Positions 31,483 to 42,412 are shown, counted from the first letter of the whole stretch. The stretch is DNA of 54,571 nt, filler included, from Stramenopiles sp. TOSAG23-3 (GCA_900128585.1; 4 parts of 4 records of this genome joined end to end with filler, not necessarily neighbours in it), one strand, 5' to 3'. Notes: a model not told the origin generated them from the sequence alone. Numbers and translations are program-made.

Positions 31483-31677
31483 GAACAACACGAAAAACGT
31501 TTTTAAATCTGATTGATTTTTAGTGTACAAAAAAAATATAAGTTTTTATAATAATATATCATACGACACACTTTGTAAAACCGCATATAATAAAAGAGTT
31601 TTATTCTTACAAAAATACGAGCAGAAAGAAAATTTACTCTTGTGTGAATCGTATCCTAGACAATACGAATTGTAAAA

Positions 31678-33834
31678 TTAGGTTGCATTTTGGGTTCTTT
31701 CACTACGGGAATCCCCTACAGGGGCAATAGAATCTAAGACGCGGTCTAGTATGGGTGGCACACTACCTGATATGTGGTGAGCAAATTCTGCCATCATACC
31801 ACCACCCTCAGTGGTTGCTTCGGTACCGCCTCCACTGACTAAATTATCATACCGTGACGTGCCGATGAATTTCCCTGCATGTAAAATATTCAGGGTAGAC
31901 CCAACCATCGGCCTATGGTCCAGTGCTTTATTTGCCATCATTACGTCATCTTCCGTGACAGGTACATATTGGGATTGGGATCGCGTCCGTTTCAAATTTG
32001 CCCGTCCCGCCATTCGCAATTCACCAGCCCCCGATGTGGACACGACATCTGCAAAAGAATGGGCCCGGGCACCCTGTCCGTATCGTGTTCCTGCCTTTGA
32101 AGGTGATTCTATCCCGCCGCTATTGATATCACGAAACGTCAGAGTCATCGGCCTTTTGGTCTTCTTCAACTTCTCAATGGCAGAGTTCCACATATTTTTT
32201 TGTTGCAACAAACTGACTCCATCTATTCCGACCAATATCATGCCAATGCGCAGCCCTTGGGACTCCGCCGAGACTGCGTTGCTATTTGTTTCACTCTCCT
32301 CGTCGTCCACTTCAGTCAGAGGGAAATCACGGACCCTCCAGACTTTAACCATGCATTGCACCCTGGAGTATTTGGGGTGCGTTATTTTGACGACGTCTGG
32401 ATACAGCCCTACGCCTATGGATTTCCCTTGTACAGTAACTTCGATTTCTGCAAACGCATCTTCGCCCCCATAGTTCGAGGAACTGGAGCCTTCCCCAGGC
32501 GACGAAAGTAACGGGCTTTTGATGTTTTTCCCCTGATCTTGGCCATCTTCCAAACCCTTTCCTGCATACGCTCCTCCGCTTTGTGGCCTCTGGCTCAACA
32601 GGTAGACCCCAAACACGCATAGACTAACCCCTAACGGGAACATGAGAGCTTGGATTAATGAAAACGACCAGAATTCTTGAAAAAACACCCCACCACCAAT
32701 TGTGCTGAAAAGCATCCAGAAGCACTGAAAGACAGGCACGTTATAGAGAGCGTCGAAACGAGCTAGCCCCATGTTCAGCCAGTAAATTTGCATTGCAACA
32801 CTTAAACACAAAAATAAAATGACGGGGTATATTTGCCAATACGCTAAAAATATCTTGTTCTTTCCATTTACCCACTCTGAGATCGCCTCAATTAAACATT
32901 TCGCAAGCAAAACGCTTTGTGCCCCTGCCGTACCGGCAATGCAAGCGTAACTAAAGCGGTGGTATTTGTACCATTTCTGGTACAGGCTGGACTGTGCCCC
33001 GTAGCTTTCCAACACACGCTCGATCCACTTCACAAACAAGACCCCCCCGGTGATAGCACAAATAATGAATATAAAGTAGCACAACGCCCCCGGCTCGGCG
33101 AACAGAGTAAAGAGGCACTCGGTAGAGTACTGGACATCATCTTGCTGTGCGAAAATAACAGAAACGACACATCCACTTATAATTACCAGCGTGCACCCAC
33201 CATCACGCTTTGAAAATTCTTCGCCATGCATCCCCGTTGCTATCACAATATTTGCCACCAAGGCAAGGGAGCTAAGCGGGGCGATCAAACTCTGCGCACC
33301 GAATGCGAGCGCGCCAAAATCGCCGACAGAGCCCATGACGATGCAAAGCAACCCACAGACCCAAATTGCTCTATTTTTCGTTGTTTCCACGGTCCTTGAG
33401 TTCTTGAACGCACCCTCTTCGACCTCTACTTCGTCCAACGCTGCCGCGCGCCGCAGTGCCAGCTTCTGCAAATTCATCCCCAAATTGGCAACGGTTGATG
33501 CAAATGTGACACATGATATTGCAATGATTGTGCCTGTTGTGCTCGCGGGCTTTGCACCTTTGTCCTTATCAGCTGAGTCAGCAGTGCTCTGGTCGCGGCA
33601 GGAGGGCCGGACGTTGTGGCTGGGATTCGTTGGTTTCGTTGGTGTGCTACTACCATTCTTCCCCAACGCAAATGAGTCTGGCACAGCAGCTAACAGGCGT
33701 CTCGACCGGTGGTGTCCCACGACGCCGCGAAGCGGGTGCCCTTCCTCCGATCCAAAGGCGACGGAAACACAGGCTAGCAAACAGACCATTGTATGCGCTA
33801 CGCACAACCACCGTGCCTGTTGCCCACACTTCAT
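31678..33834 (-). CDS. NIPA-family Mg2+ transporter-like protein with an N-terminal extension and C-terminal PDZ-like domain
   Basis: NLGMNLQK, GDFGALAFGAQSLIAPL, QSVLLAK, QIYWLNMGLARFDALYNVPVFQ and GGVFFQEF are NIPA motifs. GKSIGVGL...GLRIGMILVGIDG...KRPMTLTFR is PDZ-like. The start codon is uncertain. Confidence 0.85.
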   Translation of the reverse strand: MKCGQQARWLCVAHTMVCLLACVSVAFGSEEGHPLRGVVGHHRSRRLLAAVPDSFALGKNGSSTPTKPTNPSHNVRPSCRDQSTADSADKDKGAKPASTTGTIIAISCVTFASTVANLGMNLQKLALRRAAALDEVEVEEGAFKNSRTVETTKNRAIWVCGLLCIVMGSVGDFGALAFGAQSLIAPLSSLALVANIVIATGMHGEEFSKRDGGCTLVIISGCVVSVIFAQQDDVQYSTECLFTLFAEPGALCYFIFIICAITGGVLFVKWIERVLESYGAQSSLYQKWYKYHRFSYACIAGTAGAQSVLLAKCLIEAISEWVNGKNKIFLAYWQIYPVILFLCLSVAMQIYWLNMGLARFDALYNVPVFQCFWMLFSTIGGGVFFQEFWSFSLIQALMFPLGVSLCVFGVYLLSQRPQSGGAYAGKGLEDGQDQGKNIKSPLLSSPGEGSSSSNYGGEDAFAEIEVTVQGKSIGVGLYPDVVKITHPKYSRVQCMVKVWRVRDFPLTEVDDEESETNSNAVSAESQGLRIGMILVGIDGVSLLQQKNMWNSAIEKLKKTKRPMTLTFRDINSGGIESPSKAGTRYGQGARAHSFADVVSTSGAGELRMAGRANLKRTRSQSQYVPVTEDDVMMANKALDHRPMVGSTLNILHAGKFIGTSRYDNLVSGGGTEATTEGGGMMAEFAHHISGSVPPILDRVLDSIAPVGDSRSERTQNAT

Positions 33835-34810
33835 GGTGCGCAGCAGTGCTAGTCTCACAATAAACTTAGTAACTAAACTTTTCAATTGCAGCAAGAAGGC
33901 AAAACATGTACGACAATGCGCATAAACTAAAAACCTTGATTGGTCACTTAAATACCCATTACTTTTCTTTCTTTGTCGTTGTGAACATTTTTGATTGAAC
34001 CCATGTGCTTCAGATTCCTAACTTGGTGTGACAAATCATCATCAACGGCCGTCAACAAAGGGCGAGCACCGAGCACCACATACTACATGATTACAGCAGC
34101 AGGCTCAGGCAAAATATCAAGCAATTTCCTCATCTTCTTCATCTTCGCAAATTTGACTTATTATTTACATGTTAATAAATAAAATGTATAAACCTACTTA
34201 ACATTTTAAATGTAGAATGATGAATATAATAGAAAGAAAAAAATTATAATATCTACAATCTATTATGTGGTGATTTATTTTAATCTATTTAATCAATATC
34301 CTCTTCGGATATTCGGATCTTCCAAATAGTATTATTAAGTATTATTAATACATGTATGAATGGTTAATTTCATTTATATTGAACAGCACAGGAAATTGAA
34401 GTAAACATTATTAAAACAATACCTATATATTAATATTAAGTTAAGTATATTAATATATATTGTTGAATTTCTTTCTTTTTGGGTCAAGTCATTTTTGGTT
34501 GGTGGAATTGATGAAATTCACCCAAATGAAAAGGAAATATTAATAAATAATAGAAAAGAGCAAATCCCTATAGAAACAGAGTATTCTAAATTGCTAACAT
34601 TTATCAACTGCTAGGCAATGTCTTTTTGCGCTGTGGGATTCACGATTCACGATGATTTATTACGCCAACCCATCTCTATCGGATCTTGCGATGTTAGTCT
34701 ATATAATGTTTCCTTTCCACCGTGTAGTTATATTATTATAGTCGCTTCTCTTTTTATCTTAGTAGTCCTCTACGGCGATGGAGTTTATGAGAAGTTGAAG
34801 AAGATGATGT

Positions 34811-35011
34811 TCTTTCTTCTTCTTTCTTCTTCTTCTTCTTATTTTTTTCTTCTTTTTTTTTCTTCTTCTTCTTCTTTCTTTCTTCTTCTTCCTTCTTCTT
34901 CTTCTTCTTCTTCTTCTTCTTCTTCTTCTTCTATATTCTTCTTTCTTCTTCTTCTTCTTCTTCTTCTTCTTTCTTCTTCTTCTTCTTCTTTCTTCTTCTT
35001 CTTCTTTTTGT
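34811..35011. repeat. Imperfect (TTC)n microsatellite in the divergent intergenic region
   Basis: About 200 bp of near-continuous ttc repeats; a similar tract lies at about 10811-10900. Confidence 0.95.
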
Positions 35012-35412
35012 TGTTGTTGTCAGTTTTCCGTGTTCTCTTCATCTCTTCTTCGTGCAATGGTGAAAATATCATGCTCCCTCACTCCTCCCTCAGCAGTGTT
35101 TCTATTTTTATGCTGTGGTCTTTGTATTATCTAGTCATACATTATTATCTAATCGCGTCAGGCACAGGAGGTGGTAGTGGAGGAGAAGAAGGCACCACCG
35201 GCGGCCACACAGAACAACTTCTCAACTCCTACTAACTAATTTCTTGCTTCGTCGCATTTGGTGGGATTCTGTAACGATTGTAAACCCGGTAAAATTGTGG
35301 AGGAACAATAACTTCTTGAGCAATATAAGTTTGGCGAGATCAGTGTATAATTACGCAGTGGCATTAGAGAACAAGAAAACAACAGACAAAATTTCTTACG
35401 AACGTTTCTCTC

Positions 35413-38400
35413 ATGGCAGTATCGTTCGAAAAGGACACCTGGGTATGGTGCCCGGATGAGGAAGATTTATTCCTTCCCGGCAAAGTTCAAACGTCCTTCA
35501 AACGTGGCGAGCAGGGGGAAGTAGTGTTTTCCAATGGGGAAGAGCATACCATTTCTGAAAAAGAATCCGCCAAGCTAACAGTATGTGATATCCAGAGTCT
35601 AGAGCCTATTGAGAACATGGTCCAACTGAATGACTTGAACGACGCCAGTATTCTGCACAACTTACGCATTAGGTTCCAGCAAGACTCTATCTATACCAGC
35701 GTTGGCCAGATTTTGGTTTCTGTGAACCCATTTAAGCTGCTTCCCATCTACACGCCAGAATGGCTTGATAAATACAAGGGCGGCTCACGGGGCCAGCCAC
35801 CCCATGTTTACGGCGTTGCCGATGATGCATATAGGCAAATGATTGCCAACGCAGACAACCATGCAATCATTATTTCCGGAGAGAGTGGCGCTGGTAAAAC
35901 AGAGGCTATGAAACTGGTGCTGCAGTACGTTGCAGAGGTTAGCGGTAAACGGGAAACAGAAGGTCCGTCGTTGGAGGAACAAATTTTGAAAGCAAACCCT
36001 GTTATGGAAGCATTCGGTAATGCCAAGACGGTGCGCAACAATAACTCTTCTAGGTTTGGGAAGTGGACCGCAGTGAAGTTCGACAAAGGCGGGGCAATAA
36101 TTGGAGGTAAAATTGTGAATTACTTGCTCGAAAAGTCGCGTGTGGTCTCCCAGTCCGAAAACGAGAGAAACTACCACGTGTTTTACCAGCTGTTTGCGGG
36201 TGCGGAGAAATCTAAACACGAGTCCGGGGCCGGAAAGACCAACTGGAAAACACTGTTGGGGGTTGGAGAAGCTCAAGATTACCTCTACACCAACCCTGAA
36301 AACCGTCTGGAAGCCTCCAAAGGAGTAGGAACACAGGTCAAGGGGATAAATGACGAGCGTGAATTTGAAGACTTGCTCAATGCGATGAAAGTCATTCAAA
36401 TGGATGATGGCGAGATTGAAAATGTGCTCAAGATCGTTGCTGGCATTTTGAATCTGGGAAATGTGCGCTACGTCCCTGACCCTTCTGCCGCGGGGGAAGA
36501 AAAAGTCAAAATTGACAACAAAGACTCGCTGCAGAAGTTCTGTTCCCTTTTGCAGGTGGACGAGATCCCCATGGAACGTTGCCTTACAAGCAGGGGGATC
36601 GGGGCGCACTCCGTGATTCAAGTTTCTTACAAGCTTGACGAGGCAACACAATCACGCGATGCTTTGGCAAAGACTATTTATGGCAACCTGTTCGACTGGC
36701 TTGTGGGGAAAATCAACACAACTTTAGCAGCTTCGACCGATGAAAAGGCTGTTAGCACGATAATCGGCGTATTGGATATATTTGGATTTGAAAGTTTCGA
36801 AAAGAATTCGTTTGAACAGCTGTGTATCAATTACTGCAATGAAAAGCTGCAGTTTCATTTCAACGAGCATATATTCAAACTCGAACAAGAGCAATACAAA
36901 AACGAAGGAGTCTCCGTCGACAACATCACATTTGTTGACAACCAGCCCGCGCTGGACTTAATCGAGAAGAAACGAGAAGGGATCATTGCCATGATTGATG
37001 AAGAAATCCGCACCCCGAAGGGTAGTGACCTCAAGATGCTCTCAAAACTTAACAAGGCTCATGGCACTAAAGGCAAAGAACATATTAATTACAAAATGCC
37101 AAGACCGCGGGCCAAAGACTCTGACCGCAGCTTTATTTTCTTACACTATGCTGGCCCCGTCACATACGATGTCACAGGGTTCATGGAAAAATCGAAAGAC
37201 ACGCTGCATGCTGATATAGCAGCGGTAATGCAGACATCCAAAGACAATTTGTTGCGGACCCTATTTCCACTGCCTACCCCCGCCGCCCCTAGCACGGGCC
37301 GGCGCCGGGGCGGTGGTAAGGGGGCTTCCAAGAAAACCTTAGGGACACAATTTAAAACCCAATTGAATGAATTGATGATCACGCTCAATTCAACAAGCCC
37401 TCATTTTATCCGGTGCTTTAAGCCTAATAAAGAAAAGGTCGGCAACATATTCACTGCAGATATGATGTTGCAACAACTTCAATACGCCGGGTTACTGGAA
37501 GTATGCCGCATTCGGCAAGTGGGGTTTCCGATCCGGTACGATTTTGATACATTTTTAAATCGGTACAGCTGTTTGATGCATGGCAAGACATCTGACCTAG
37601 ACGGTCTGTTGAAAGAACTGTGCCACAACAAAACTCTCGATAACACACAATATGCGAAAGGAAATACAAAGGTATTTCTGCGGAACGAACAAGCCCAGAA
37701 ATTAGAAATAGGGCGTGAGACAGCTTTATCTGCCGTTGCTACGCGGATGGCCGCAATGGCTCGTCGCTTCTTGCAACGCATCAGGTCAGCGCGGTATTCT
37801 AATATTTTAGCATCATTGGAAAAGGCCAAATCTTCTCGAGACGGAAAAGAAATTGAGCATTGGCTTGTACAGGCTGGGGAGCTTCCCTTTCGTGGAGTCC
37901 ATTTAAAAATAGTCAGGGAGTGTACGGCACTGCTAGAAGTGATCCAGGAAGAGCGAAGAGTTGAAACTCTCCTAACGAACGCAATATCGGCGAGAGAAAT
38001 CAACGGTCTGCTTGGTGCAATCAAAACCGCCAAAGACATGGGTATGCGCTCAAGTGCGTTGACGGAAGCACAGAGTTTAGTTGGACGAATCCAAGAGGAA
38101 GCTAAGTTGAAAAGTAGCCTTTCGAAAGCAGTCAAAGACCGCAATCGTAATGACTTGGAAACATTCTCTGCCAAAGCACAAGAACTCGACCTTAATGAAA
38201 CGGCCGAGTATAAACAAGCAGTGGCCTTGCTTGAGCGAATACGGTTGGAAGAAGACGCCGTCGGGCACCTTCAAGGCGCCATTGAAAGCAAAAATACAAA
38301 TGAACTTAATGCATATTTACAGCAAATGGTGGAAATGGGCTTGGACGATTCAGGTCGTTTTCCACAGTTTTCTAAAACGATTGCAGAAGCAAAAAAGCTA

Positions 38401-41400
38401 TTGGGGAATCTGAAAGCGAAAGTTGCGGCCGCGCAAGCGCTAGCCAAGGCATGCGAAAGCCGTGATATGAGCGCGTTAGAACGATCAATTGCCAATTGTA
38501 AGTCTTTGGGTGTCGCTGCGTCAAATATTTCAAAGGGTCAATCAGTTTACGATGCAGTGAAAATCGAACAACAAACCGTCAAGCTTTTGAACGATGCAAT
38601 TGCAAAAGAAGACTTGAAATTACTTGCCCAGGCGCTTGCAAAAGCGAAACAGCTGAATCTCCAGGATGACGCGATTGGTCGCGCTGAAACACAAAAATCG
38701 CAAATTGAGGCAAGACAAGAAGCAACCGTTGCACTGAAGGCCGCTGTGTCGTCTGGAAATGCTGCAAGCATTAGTGCGGCGTTGTCTCGAGCATGTCAAT
38801 TAGGATGCAACAAGGGCGACATCGAAACGGCCGAAAAAGCTTTAAGTAAACTTGGAGCTGCGTCGAAACTCTTGGGAAAATTGGCGGCTGCGGGTAACAG
38901 TCTTATTGACTTGGACAAAGCAATTGACGAAGCAACAGGTGCGGGGGGGCTAGAAGATGCTATTGCTAGTGCCAAAGTGACACGAGCTAGACTTGTTCTG
39001 CAGGGTGAAGCAGAAGCGCAAATTGCCGGCACCATCAAATCACAAGATTATGAAGGCTTGAAAGCAGCCATGGCAGATGCCGAGACGTGTGGATTGACCA
39101 CTAATCCTCTAAAAACTGAAGTAATTGTCAATGCTACGTCCGAACTCCAGCGTTTGGGTGAGATCGCAAGTTCTTTGGCTGATCTATTGGCAGCTTGTAC
39201 TGCCAGAGACAAAAATGCCATAATGGCTCTCTTGAAAACCGTGAAAGCGAAAGGCGTGACGGATGATGCCCCTGAATGCAATCGCGCACAAGGTGTCCTC
39301 TCTGCGTTGGAAGAAGAAGCCAAACTCACAGAAAAGATCGAAGCGGCGCTGAAAGCGAAAGACAACAAAAGTTTGAAACAGCTCTGGAATGAAGCAAATA
39401 AAGTTGGATTGTCCAATAACACGGTCCAAGCTGCAGGTATGATTATAAATCGCGAAGCGACCATTAAGAAAACCCTTGACAAAATGAAGGCTGCGGAAAC
39501 AAACTGGAACCTCGACGAAATGAATGAGGCGTTAGAAACGTGTATACAGCTGGGAATTGAAGGAGAAGAAGTAGAGCATGCAAAGTCCATCTTAGATGAA
39601 ATGAAAAAAGAGGGACTGCTAGCTTCAAAGATTCAAGCCGCCGCCAATACGCTGACGATGAAATCGAACAGCAAGAATGGCATAGGGGAATCGGATATTG
39701 AACCCCTGATAAAAGCAATGGACGAAGCAGTAAGCAGTGGCCTTTCAAAAACTTCGAAAAGCTACACAAAGTTTGAAAAAATGAAAAATAATGCTTTGGA
39801 ACAAATCGAGTTGTACTCTGAAATAAACGATGTAATTGCTACGCTAGACGATCGTTCGAGTGACGCCAGCGTTGAAGATAAGTTCAAACTCGCGTCGAAA
39901 ACTCTCAACAAGGCGCTTGATCTTGGGATGGAGGGAGTTGCAAGTGTTATAACATTGAAGGCGCTCTTCCGTGAGTACGACCGACTTGTCCAGGACGCAC
40001 GCCGCGAGCGAAATGAAGCAAGCGATGACGACGAGAGCGAAAGTGACGAAGATGAAGAAGACGAAGAAGAAGTCGAAAGAAAACGAATTGCGGCCCAGGA
40101 ACGCGCCAAGCAGCCCCGGTTTGAATTTTTTAAATACAGCCGCATACGTAGTCGAGAAGACTATGTAAGAGGCATGTGGTTTGGAAAACAGAAAGCAATG
40201 GACATGCAGCTTCGACATCAAACTTCTACAATTCGAAAAAGCCTTTCCGATCTACCAGACAAGCTGTCGAGGCAGGCGATAAAAATTCACAAGTGCATCC
40301 TTGGCTATTGCGGTGAAAAAAGTATGAACTATCCCGACATGCTTGCCCGAGACGTCCTAATGACTGGAATCAATGCATCAGAACTATGGGACGAAATTTA
40401 CATACAGATTTGCAAACATTTGACACAGAACCCCAACCACGACAGCCGTGAAAAGGCATGGCAGCTTATGTGTATGTGCACAGGTACTTTCCCCCCCACT
40501 GCTGAGTTTAAAGACTATATTTTGAACTTTCTGCTAACGTATGAAGATGAATCAGTTGCTGAATATCAACAGTATAGCATTCGCAGGTTGGAAGGTATGA
40601 TCGAACAAGGTGCCTCAGGATATATTCCTTCGGTTGCGGAAATTAAGGCGTACCATGACAGGCCGCCGATAGTGGCAACTATTGAGCTAGTGGACGGAAG
40701 TACTTTGACGACAAATCTTCCGATTACTCCTGATTTAGACGTTAAGCAGGTATCCGAGATATGCAATCATTTCTTGGGTATTGAAGATAACCGCAAATCA
40801 CACTTTGGGATATTCTTAGTTGATGAAGGCAACGCTAAAGGGAAATTGACTACCCCACTGTCCGAGAAAGTTTTCATGGGGGATGAAGTAATGAAGTTGC
40901 GACGTGCTGGTAATTCCGATTATAAATTTGTCTATAAGCGAAAGATTTTCTTAGAAGGTCCTATAAAATCAGAGTGTGAAGCATTTAACAGGTTAAATTT
41001 TTTGCAGGCCGTGGACGACATGATCACCGGATACTATGATACAGAAGATGTCTCAGAAGCGACTCAAGTAGTTTCATACTCAATATATATCGATAATTGC
41101 GACGATCTTGAAGGCGAAGAAATAGATGAGTCCACACTTATTGACGACTTGGCAATGATGGAGTACGTACCTCTCGCTTTTCGCGAACAGATGACGGAAA
41201 ACGAGTGGGCAACTTGTGTGTTAGCGTCTCTGAACAGGCTCATAGACGCCGAAGCAGATGCTGACCAGTTGCAAGACGAGATTTTAAATATTGCCGTTAA
41301 AGACCTCTGCTTCGGCTCAGTCTCCTTTCCCGTTGAATGCATTTCCATGGACGACAAACATGCGCCTTCCTATATGCGCAGCATTCCTACCCACGCAGTA

Positions 41401-41646
41401 TTACTATTTGATAGGAACGGGCTTCGGTTTCGTTCCGGGGAAGCTGGGGCTGCGAAGAAAGTGCTCGCTACATTTGGGTATGTCGATATTTGTCGATGGG
41501 GGGGCACTGCCAATAAATTTTCACTTCAGCTGTGGAACGCAGGTACAGAACAAGCTTTCAGTTGCATGTATAGAACTCCTCAAGGCACGGCTATTTCCAA
41601 CTATCTGCTGGATATGATAAATGCAATTATGGAGGAGCAAGAATAA
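35413..41646 (+). CDS. Unconventional myosin with a MyTH4-FERM tail
   Basis: P-loop GESGAGKTE, NNNSSRFGK, LDIFGFE, a degenerate IQ, a long alanine-rich helical repeat region and MyTH4 WDEIYIQICKHLTQNP...KAWQLMCMCTGTFPP followed by a FERM-like domain. Confidence 0.95.
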   Translation: MAVSFEKDTWVWCPDEEDLFLPGKVQTSFKRGEQGEVVFSNGEEHTISEKESAKLTVCDIQSLEPIENMVQLNDLNDASILHNLRIRFQQDSIYTSVGQILVSVNPFKLLPIYTPEWLDKYKGGSRGQPPHVYGVADDAYRQMIANADNHAIIISGESGAGKTEAMKLVLQYVAEVSGKRETEGPSLEEQILKANPVMEAFGNAKTVRNNNSSRFGKWTAVKFDKGGAIIGGKIVNYLLEKSRVVSQSENERNYHVFYQLFAGAEKSKHESGAGKTNWKTLLGVGEAQDYLYTNPENRLEASKGVGTQVKGINDEREFEDLLNAMKVIQMDDGEIENVLKIVAGILNLGNVRYVPDPSAAGEEKVKIDNKDSLQKFCSLLQVDEIPMERCLTSRGIGAHSVIQVSYKLDEATQSRDALAKTIYGNLFDWLVGKINTTLAASTDEKAVSTIIGVLDIFGFESFEKNSFEQLCINYCNEKLQFHFNEHIFKLEQEQYKNEGVSVDNITFVDNQPALDLIEKKREGIIAMIDEEIRTPKGSDLKMLSKLNKAHGTKGKEHINYKMPRPRAKDSDRSFIFLHYAGPVTYDVTGFMEKSKDTLHADIAAVMQTSKDNLLRTLFPLPTPAAPSTGRRRGGGKGASKKTLGTQFKTQLNELMITLNSTSPHFIRCFKPNKEKVGNIFTADMMLQQLQYAGLLEVCRIRQVGFPIRYDFDTFLNRYSCLMHGKTSDLDGLLKELCHNKTLDNTQYAKGNTKVFLRNEQAQKLEIGRETALSAVATRMAAMARRFLQRIRSARYSNILASLEKAKSSRDGKEIEHWLVQAGELPFRGVHLKIVRECTALLEVIQEERRVETLLTNAISAREINGLLGAIKTAKDMGMRSSALTEAQSLVGRIQEEAKLKSSLSKAVKDRNRNDLETFSAKAQELDLNETAEYKQAVALLERIRLEEDAVGHLQGAIESKNTNELNAYLQQMVEMGLDDSGRFPQFSKTIAEAKKLLGNLKAKVAAAQALAKACESRDMSALERSIANCKSLGVAASNISKGQSVYDAVKIEQQTVKLLNDAIAKEDLKLLAQALAKAKQLNLQDDAIGRAETQKSQIEARQEATVALKAAVSSGNAASISAALSRACQLGCNKGDIETAEKALSKLGAASKLLGKLAAAGNSLIDLDKAIDEATGAGGLEDAIASAKVTRARLVLQGEAEAQIAGTIKSQDYEGLKAAMADAETCGLTTNPLKTEVIVNATSELQRLGEIASSLADLLAACTARDKNAIMALLKTVKAKGVTDDAPECNRAQGVLSALEEEAKLTEKIEAALKAKDNKSLKQLWNEANKVGLSNNTVQAAGMIINREATIKKTLDKMKAAETNWNLDEMNEALETCIQLGIEGEEVEHAKSILDEMKKEGLLASKIQAAANTLTMKSNSKNGIGESDIEPLIKAMDEAVSSGLSKTSKSYTKFEKMKNNALEQIELYSEINDVIATLDDRSSDASVEDKFKLASKTLNKALDLGMEGVASVITLKALFREYDRLVQDARRERNEASDDDESESDEDEEDEEEVERKRIAAQERAKQPRFEFFKYSRIRSREDYVRGMWFGKQKAMDMQLRHQTSTIRKSLSDLPDKLSRQAIKIHKCILGYCGEKSMNYPDMLARDVLMTGINASELWDEIYIQICKHLTQNPNHDSREKAWQLMCMCTGTFPPTAEFKDYILNFLLTYEDESVAEYQQYSIRRLEGMIEQGASGYIPSVAEIKAYHDRPPIVATIELVDGSTLTTNLPITPDLDVKQVSEICNHFLGIEDNRKSHFGIFLVDEGNAKGKLTTPLSEKVFMGDEVMKLRRAGNSDYKFVYKRKIFLEGPIKSECEAFNRLNFLQAVDDMITGYYDTEDVSEATQVVSYSIYIDNCDDLEGEEIDESTLIDDLAMMEYVPLAFREQMTENEWATCVLASLNRLIDAEADADQLQDEILNIAVKDLCFGSVSFPVECISMDDKHAPSYMRSIPTHAVLLFDRNGLRFRSGEAGAAKKVLATFGYVDICRWGGTANKFSLQLWNAGTEQAFSCMYRTPQGTAISNYLLDMINAIMEEQE

Positions 41647-41698
41647 GTACACCCAAGAGATGTTGTTCACTCCTCTGCCTAAATTATTATTTTTATTA

Positions 41699-41872
41699 AA
41701 AAACAAAAAATTGGCTATTATGTAAGTAATTAAAACCGATCATTATTTCATTGAGCAGTACCACAGACAACGAGCCCCTTTAAAACATTTATGCCGCTTT
41801 GTACTTTTAAGACCAATCAATTGGAATCTTGACCAGAACTTGGGGAGATATAACAGCCAATTTTCTTGTTTT
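41699..41872. repeat. MITE-like unit: module C flanked by inverted copies of the core motif
   Basis: aaacaaaaaattggctattat (41701-21, +) and ataacagccaattttcttgttt (41850-71, -) enclose 41738-41847, which matches 15382-15460 and 9513-9531 in reverse. Confidence 0.65.
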
Positions 41873-42080
41873 AAAATTAAAATTTAGCTTTCTCAGTGTA
41901 CCGCGAAATGAATCTGCTCCTTTTGCCTATCCACTAAAGGCTTACGTTCCTTCATGCAGCGAACTGTGCGAACTTTAATCTCGAAAGTATTATTTTTAAT
42001 TTTTTCACAAATATTTGTGAATAACTAAAATTAAATTTAGTTAATAATAATCAATATTATGATATGACTGGGAATAATTG

Positions 42081-42412
42081 GCCAATTTCTTGTTTTTAAT
42101 CAATATATAACAGCCAATTTTCTTGTTTTTAATCAATATGGTATTTTTAATTTTATTTCTGCTCATCATCCTCTTCAAACAAAACGACTTTCTCTACCTC
42201 AGCAAAATAGCCCCTTCGTCTTGTAAACAACGAATCAAAATTACAAACCCACAAGTTAGGATTATGGTATGAGGAAGCTAAATTTAATTACTTAAATAAA
42301 TAACAGCCAATTTTCTTGCTTTTTAATCAATATGGTATTTTTAATTTTATTTCTGCTCATCCTCTTCAAAACGACTTTCTCTACCTCAGCAAAATAGCCC
42401 CCTCGTCTTGTA
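42081..42412 (-). repeat. Direct duplication of the channel gene 3' end including the core motif
   Basis: 42108-42225 is nearly identical to 42301-42412 (last ~10 codons, stop and 3' flank); a third partial copy lies at 42081-42106. Confidence 0.92.

Noticed and set aside
34618-35235. 205-aa Ser/Phe/Leu ORF and its antisense E/K/R ORF
   Set aside because: These are translations of the (TTC)n microsatellite in intergenic DNA.
41738-41847. Module C read as a peptide DHYFIEQYHRQRAPLKHLCRFVLLRP..., with a SOCS-box-like LKHLCR
   Set aside because: No start codon, very short, and the similarity rests on a few residues; likely chance unless a parent gene is found.
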